Source of the DNA: Octopus vulgaris
Taxonomy: Eukaryota
Assembly: GCA_951406725.2 (NCBI GenBank)
Contig: OX597830.1
Coordinates: 34,844,001 to 34,908,000, forward strand
Direction of reading: 5' to 3'
Length of the DNA stretch: 64,000 nt
The position numbers and the translations under genes were made by a program. Positions 56,305 through 64,000 of this stretch are shown piece after piece (the stretch's first letter is position 1; the number at the start of each line of letters is the position of its first letter). Under the pieces are notes generated by a model, which ran no database searches, was not told the origin of the DNA, and was given only the letters and a program-made list of their open reading frames with translations.

Positions 56305-56314
56305 TATATAGATA

Positions 56315-56741
56315 TATGCTTATATACATACATATATGTACACACCTACATATATATGTATATATACATGCATATATGGGTACAGGATATCAAAAAAATG
56401 TTGAACACAATGACAAACGAAAACGTAAAAACAAAACATAGAAACGAACTTTTTTCAAACAACGAAAATCAGAGAAACGAGACATACAACATAAAGAATA
56501 TTTCCCTTCTTCAGTTGTCCCTGTTTCATCTACTCCGAGTTCGAAGGTAAGGGCAAGACGTGACTTAGCGGAAACAGTCCTTCCCGCAAAGCAAATTAAA
56601 TAAAGTTTGGGATTTTTTGCGGAGGGGGAAAGTGGCAACAAGAACAGGACAGCGATAACAAGACAGTAAACACAATAATAAATTAAAAACAGTAAAAGAC
56701 AGGACAATGAGAGCAAAACAGTAAAAACAAACGATGAGGGT
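56315..56741. repeat. Family Z dispersed repeat, second copy
   Basis: Collinear with 38625-39058. Confidence 0.85.
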
Positions 56742-56887
56742 TATTAAAAATTATTCTGAATGCTTAAGGAGACAGCTTATGAAGAGAGAGGATAAGCTGG
56801 TTTGGTCTTTGTGAAGGTAGTAGCCGGAAAGATGGCTTCCCTCTGATCACGTGTCAGCGACGAGAGAGTTGAGGAAGAGTAATATAT

Positions 56888-56966
<79 letters not shown>

Positions 56967-57031
56967 TAGATAGATAGACGTGTCATAGGAAGAGTAATAT
57001 ATATACATACATACATATATATATATATATG

Positions 57032-57103
<72 letters not shown>

Positions 57104-57111
57104 ATATTTTT

Positions 57112-57405
57112 ACATTTTTCGGTCATTAGACTGCGGCTATGCTGGTGCACAGCTTTGAAAAACATTTAGTTGAATGTATTTACCCCAGTACTTATTTTTT
57201 ATAGCCTGCTACTTTTTCCACCTGTCTTTTCTGCCGAACAGCTTACTTGAGAGGACGTAAACACACCAGCACCGGTTGTCAGGTGATGGCCGGCGATAAA
57301 CATAAGCACAAGGACACAGACAGAGGCTATAGTAAAAGACTCTTATCCAAGCACTGAACCAAGAACCATGTGGTTGGTACGCAAGCTTCTTACCACACAG
57401 CCATA
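57112..57405 (-). mobile_element. SINE family A, internally deleted
   Basis: GAACCATGTGGTTGGTA..CAAGCTTCTTACCACACAGCCA head and GTCATT.GACTGCGGC tail. Confidence 0.8.
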
Positions 57406-58158
57406 TATACAAGCAGTCGTTCATATATACATACATAAATTCACATACACATACTAATGTATATGGATAGCTACTTATAATAAACTATTTGCGCACATGC
57501 ATATATTTGTATGCACTAAACACGCTCGAGATACAGAACTATAAATGCTCAATTGGTCCTGCGGTCATGACTATTCGTTCGTTGGTATTTGAATGTAACA
57601 GACAGCAAATAATATCAAAACTAATAACGAAAAGCGGACGACGGCCATGGCGACAAACGCATCCACGATGAGGATAGTGATCATGATTGTGATGAGAAGG
57701 AGGAGGATGAGGATGAGAAAGAAGAAGAAGGAAGACGAGGTGGAGGAAAAGTGGTGGTGGCGGTGGAGTGAAAGAGGAGAGGAGTACCAACTATCGATTC
57801 CAATGCACTGAATGAAAAAAAATTTAGAAAGAAACCTGTATCTGTTTACGGGTTAAGTAGTAACTGCAATTACTAGTTTATGGCGCCAAATACATTCTAA
57901 TTGAATTATATTAATACGAAAAAAAAAAAAGAATCAGAAAGAAATCTAAGCGCAGAACCCTGAAAGGATACTGAATATGAATCTATACGCGAAATAGTAA
58001 AAGAGAATTGAATAAGTAATTAAATACAGAGGGAAAAAACGCTGGTATTATAATGGTAAACAATCAAGACAAATTAGTTGAAAATGAAAGTAAAGAGTAA
58101 AAAACATAAAGCATTGCTTCATGTCCATGAATATAAGTGTGTGAGTGTGTGTGTATGT

Positions 58159-58208
<50 letters not shown>

Positions 58209-58263
58209 ATATATATATACACTCGAATATATCCACATACGCACACACACATACACATGTATG

Positions 58264-58321
<58 letters not shown>

Positions 58322-58658
58322 TATATGAATCCGTGTAGGGTAGGTATGTTTCTGAGTGTATGTGTGTGTATCTGTGTGTATGGGTGTGTGTATACACACA
58401 CACACACACACATATATATCTACATGAATGTATACATATGTATGTATATATGCATATATGTATGTATGTATCTATATATATATATATATATATGTTCACA
58501 TAGATATATGGAGATAGATGTATATTTGTATATGTATGTATATGTGTATATGATTCTATGTAGGTATTTTTGCCAGTGTATGTGTGTGTATGTTCATAGG
58601 TGTGTGTTTATGCGCCTGTCTGTGCCTATGGGTGCATGTGTGTGTGTGTCTCTCTCTC

Positions 58659-58695
<37 letters not shown>

Positions 58696-58904
58696 GCACA
58701 CTCACATATAAACATGAATGTATACATATATATGTATATATGCATATATATATATGCATTTACTTATGTACACATAGATCTATAGAAATTGATGTATATA
58801 CGTATATATGTATCTGTATAGCTATGTCTGTATAAGGTTGCTTTACACCTCCGAATATATAAATGTACGTGTGCATGCGTTTGTTTGTGTTTGCATATGC
58901 GCAC

Positions 58905-58984
<80 letters not shown>

Positions 58985-58985
58985 C

Positions 58986-59031
<46 letters not shown>

Positions 59032-59380
59032 GAGGAGTGAGGGAGAATCTGAAAGATGGTAATATATACTGATGAAGAAATAATATTGTCGGATGGAAAT
59101 GTGAACGAATTAATATGTATGCTCATAGGCAAAGTTACATATTCGAAATGGATGAATGCAAGAACGATCTCTATATTGGGCACACGATCACCCATTTCTT
59201 TGCAAAGGTACAGACCATTAAATACAAGTATAATAACTCCCTTCCATCGCTTCCAGAAACTTCAATGCGAATTCGGCATTGGGACGATTATATATACACT
59301 TCCATACAGACATGCATTCATGCATACATGCATTCATAAATACATATATACATATATATATACACACAGACATAGACGCA

Positions 59381-59448
<68 letters not shown>

Positions 59449-59513
59449 CATATACACATATATATATATATATATATACATATATATATGCAAACATGCA
59501 TACATGTATGTGT

Positions 59514-59738
59514 ATTTCACGGAATTAATGGTAAACCTAAAGGGTTATTTCTGAAACCTATATCCAAAAGACCTAAAAGCGTCGCCTGTGTTTTGTCTGT
59601 ATGGGAAAATAGTCGCTCATCTCCTATTCACTGAAAAGTGAAAGAAACTGGAATACGATAATTACTTAATTCGCTTTATATATAGACTTTATATACTTTA
59701 CGCACTCATAAAATATATATTCACTTTTATTTTTCCAT
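59514..59738 (-). repeat. Family X partial copy
   Basis: Direct diverged match to 61475-61710. Confidence 0.8.
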
Positions 59739-60545
59739 ACATTCATACATACATTCATGCATACATACATACATACATACATACAATATACGTAAAAATA
59801 TACAACGTATATACAAACATACATACATACATATAACATATATAGATGCATACATGCATAAATATATACATACATTCATACATGCAAACATACATACATA
59901 CATACATACATACATACATACATACATACATACATACATACACACATACATACATACATACATACATACATGGTGGGTGCAGACTAGTGTTCGAGTATTT
60001 CCATAGCCTGATCGAAAGTCCCACACATGAGAAAGCTATCACGTGCCATTTTTACGATAGGTCTTACTTTTTTCAATCGATGCCTGTGCGTGATGATTTA
60101 TTATAATTGGGAAAGCATTTGTACAAATCCAATCCCACTGTTAGAATATGGACAGCATAAACTCGAAAGGAAGAACTAGTTTACATCATCGAACATTGTC
60201 AGTGTCGCAGGTTTTCTCTCAGGGTTTACCTCTCTTAGAGAGATGTCATGACCACAACAGAAGTGACCCCTACTGCAAGTGGATCAACTGCGCGCCTGGA
60301 CACTATCCTAAGTATTTCCACGTCCCCGTGCATAAGTACACATATAGACATATTACTGGATGGTCGCTGACTGCCCATGAGCACTTCCGCCCTGTGACGG
60401 GACTTATATTTCATTCTACAGGATGTCCAACAATGACTCTCCTCACAAGCAAGCAAGCTTGATGGGGGTCACCATTTTAGACGTCGAGGACCCGACCATG
60501 CAACAGGTTGTATTGGGTTACATGTTACTAGTAGCGCCCACACAT

Positions 60546-60641
<96 letters not shown>

Positions 60642-60686
60642 TATATATATAGATAGAGAGATAGATTCATAGATAAATAGATTGAG

Positions 60687-60743
<57 letters not shown>

Positions 60744-60752
60744 TGTATGTAT

Positions 60753-61372
60753 GTCATCTGCATAAAGATAATCACTAATAAGAGACTGGAAACCTTTCGA
60801 GTTGGCAACAAATCGGCGCAGATTAAAGAGGCGACCAGAAGATCGATATCTGACATATATTCCCAGAGAGCTAATCTTAGCAGAAGCATGAGTAAAGGCA
60901 GCAGCAAAATACAAAGAAAAGAGAGTGGGGGCAAGGATATCACCCTGCTTGACACCATTCTCTATGTTGGACTGGACACCTTATTAGAATGAAGGATAGC
61001 AGGATCCCTAAGCAGATGCTGTATACGGAACTTGCGAATGGAAAGAAACCTGGCAGAAACAAGTCCTCATTAAAGGCCTGTGATATGCAGGAGACTGACA
61101 AGTAGAATAAAGTCTATCATCACCACAGATGGAGGAAGCAGGTTAAGGAGGTGGAGGTCGGAAGAACTTAAGCATGCTGCTCGAAATTTCACTGCTGGTG
61201 TAGTGAATGGGAAAAGCTTTGTCCGCAATATTTGTAGTCGTGCATATTTGTTAAGAGCAGAGCCCATTAGCTACCAACGGAGCCGCAAATGCAAAATATA
61301 AGTTAGGCCTAGAGCGCACAATGTTCATAAATGTTAGCAATGTTCTTCTTCGGTCACGAGTGGACGGCCATC
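60753..61372 (+). mobile_element. RTE (BovB-like) LINE with an inverted 5' segment
   Basis: 60959-60753 (minus) reads [18 protein letters not shown]...GRLFNLRRF...DYLYADD. From 60962 (plus) it reads LCWTGHLIRMKDSRIPKQMLYTELANGK. A candidate TSD ATGTATGTAT lies at 60743-60752 and 61373-61382. Confidence 0.85.
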
Positions 61373-61464
61373 ATGTATGTATACAACGAGTGAGTGGACA
61401 AACGAAACGAAAGGGCACTCAACATATTTAGTAAAAGTTACCTGTTTTATTTAAAATTAGCGCG

Positions 61465-62475
61465 AGCCGTGAATATTTCACGGAATTAATGGTAAAACTG
61501 AAAATTTTATCCAAAAATCCTGAAAGCGTAGCCTGTGTTGTGTCTGTATAGGAAAATAGTCGCTCATCTCCTGCTCACTGAAAAGTGAAAGAAATTGAAA
61601 TAAGATGATTATTTAATTCCAATTATATATACATTTTGTATACTTTATGCACAGTTTTATAGAATTAATACACAGCACTCATAAAATAAATATTCACTTT
61701 TATTTTTCCATGTTTCCCATAAACAAGAAAAGAAATATCCAGTACATATGATACAATCTTTAGTTAAATTGCATATATCTTCCACGTAAAAAAAGCGTGA
61801 ATACTTCACGGAATTACACTTATGCGTATGCGTTAAGCGATAGGTGATATAAAAAAATTAGTTCAGTTTTTTAAAAATAAACTTTTCACTATTTAATCAC
61901 CACTTCGACCACCATCATCATTATCATCTCTCTCTCCCTCTCTCCCTTCCTTTTTCTCTCTCCACTCCTCTCTCTCTCCTCCTCTCACTCTCCTCTCTCC
62001 TTCTCTCTCTCTCTTTCTCTCTCTCTCCTTCTCTCTCTCCTTCTCTCTCTCTCCTTCTCTCTCTCCTTCTCTCTCTCTCTCCTGCCTTTGTTTAAGCACA
62101 CCATCAGAACATAACCCCTCTGCTAAAATTATACTTTTAATTCTACTCCTCAACTTTCAATTAACTTTTCAAATCACGTAATAAATATTACATTCCCCTT
62201 ACCTCACATCATAGACGCTTCTCTCACCCTCTTTTTCTTTCTCCCTCTTTCTATCTCATTCTTCACTTTATCCCCTTTCTCTCTCCTCTGATTCCTTTCA
62301 ACTAATCACGTGAAAGCGTTAAAATGGCATTCCCACTACCTCACCTCATGGACGCTTCTCTCTTCTTCTTTTCCTTTCTCCCCTCTTTTTCTCTTTCCTT
62401 CTTTTCTTACTCCCTCTTTTTCTCTAATCACGTGAAAGCGTTACCGACGAGCTAAGTAACGCAATGACAAGACAG
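61465..62475 (-). repeat. Family X, longest copy, with an internal CT-rich tract and ~130-bp subrepeats
   Basis: Collinear with 15311-16045; AATCACGT...GACGCTTCTCTC units at ~62172, ~62304 and ~62425. Confidence 0.8.
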
Positions 62476-63048
62476 TTTGATACGGTTCGATGTGACTTGA
62501 AGTTTTACAAGCCCCTAACAGAAGCCCGTCTTCTATGCTTTAGAAAGCCGTATGGAGTGATACAGGAAGTTCAAGATGGCTACCGGATGGCAGGCTGCTA
62601 TTAGTCATGAGGTGCACATGGTGTTGTGGAAAATATCAATAGTGCAGCGACAACAGTTCTTTTGAAAGGGGAATCTCTTTGACCCCGTAGTGACCAGGTG
62701 TCTGGATATGGCAAAAGTAAAGCCGGAGTGTGTGTGAGTGCGTGCATGTATGAGTGTTTATGTGTGTGTATGCATATACAAGATGTATGAATGCGTGGAG
62801 ATGGTATTGGTTCTATATGTGTGAGTGCGTGTGTTAGTTCCTACGGGTGCATTGTGGGCGCTAGTATGGGTGCATATACACACGCGCACATATTCACTCA
62901 CACGTATTCACACACACTGTCTCTCTCTCACACACATACAAGCATACAGTTTCACGTGCATACGTACACCCAACAACACTAGCACACACAATGCCCACGC
63001 ACATAAATACTACATGTATTGTAGTAGCGTAACCGCAAATGTAAGTAA

Positions 63049-63425
63049 CAGAAGTGCTGTGTGGTAAGTAGCTTGCTTCTCAACCATATGGTTCCAAGTT
63101 CAGTCTCATTGCGTGGCTCCTTGGGCAAGTGTCTTCTTTGGTATACATATATTGAAAAGAGCTTGTCGAATATGTGTGTATGTGTATATTTTTTGTATGT
63201 GTGTATTTGTGTATGTGTCTGTGTTTGTTCCCCCCACCATCGCTTGACAACCACTTGTTGGTGTGCTTACATTCCCGTAACAGAACGGTTCGGCTAAAGA
63301 GACCGATAGAATACGTACTGGGCTTGCAAAGAATAAATCCTGAGGTCGATTTGTTCGACAAAAGTCGGTGCTCCGATATGGCCGTAGTCAAATGACTGAA
63401 ACAAGTGAAAGAGTGAAAGAATAAA
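63049..63425 (+). mobile_element. SINE family A
   Basis: Head and 3' half present, with a small internal deletion. Confidence 0.88.
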
Positions 63426-63679
63426 TATATACGTACGCACACACATACACACAAACAAAGATATGCCATACTGAATATGAATTAGCAGGAAATTACTGGT
63501 TTTGGCATTGTTAATTTTTTCCCTCTTAATTTATGGAATAACGTTTCTTAACATAAACAGTTAAATAAATGAAGAAGATTAACTTAAGGAATAATAATTT
63601 TTTTTATGACTCTTCTCTCGGATTATTCAATAATATGTCTAGAAAATTTGTTACAATATCCATACATTTACATATATAT

Positions 63680-63818
63680 TTTCTTTTACTTGTTTTAGTC
63701 ATTTGACTGCGGCCATGCTGTAGCACAGCCTTTTTAGTCGAGCAAATCGACCCCGGGACTTATTCTTTGTAAGCCCAGTACTTATTCTATCGGTCTCTTT
63801 TGCCGAACCGCTAAGTGA
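63680..63818 (-). mobile_element. SINE family A 3' fragment
   Basis: GTCATTTGACTGCGGCCATGCTG...TTTTGCCGAACCGCTAAG. Confidence 0.88.
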
Positions 63819-63859
63819 TGTATAAAACAGAAATATATAGTTTGTAAAATAGTATAATG

Positions 63860-64000
63860 GTGGAGATGCGTGGCTGAGTGGTTAGGGTGTTGAAGTCATG
63901 ATCGTAAGGTTGTGGTTTCGATTACTGGACCAGGCGATGCGTTGTGTTCTTGAGCAAAACTCTTCATTTCACGTTGCTCCAGTCCACTCAGCTTGCAAAA
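63860..64000 (+). mobile_element. SINE family C, runs off the window end
   Basis: Collinear with 851-992. Confidence 0.88.

Noticed and set aside
59514-61710. Direct repeats at 59514-59738 and 61475-61710 as LTRs around the RT fragment
   Set aside because: They are diverged parts of dispersed family X, lack TG...CA ends, and the enclosed RT is non-LTR (RTE).

Overview
AT-rich eukaryotic intergenic or intronic DNA dense in microsatellites ((TA)n, (CA)n, (AAT)n, (GATA)n). The repeat content suggests a coleoid cephalopod, probably Octopus; this is an inference from SINE and microsatellite style. I find no convincing host protein-coding gene, and almost all ORFs in the track are microsatellite artefacts. 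The window holds about 25 copies of three tRNA-derived SINE families and decayed Tc1/mariner, maT and hAT-type DNA transposons. It also holds RTE, CR1 and R4/Dong LINE fragments and a Gmr1-type (integrase before RT) Ty3/gypsy remnant. The most notable items are: (i) a tRNA-headed element with an (AAT)n spacer, a Penelope-type minimal hammerhead ribozyme motif and a perfect 5' fold-back; (ii) an RTE copy with twin-priming geometry; (iii) a stack of different (AAT)n-associated R4/Dong elements plus a non-coding ~500-bp companion; (iv) a dimeric SINE enclosed by one target-site duplication (TSD). All calls are by eye, with no database search, and boundaries are approximate unless a TSD or terminal inverted repeat (TIR) is given.
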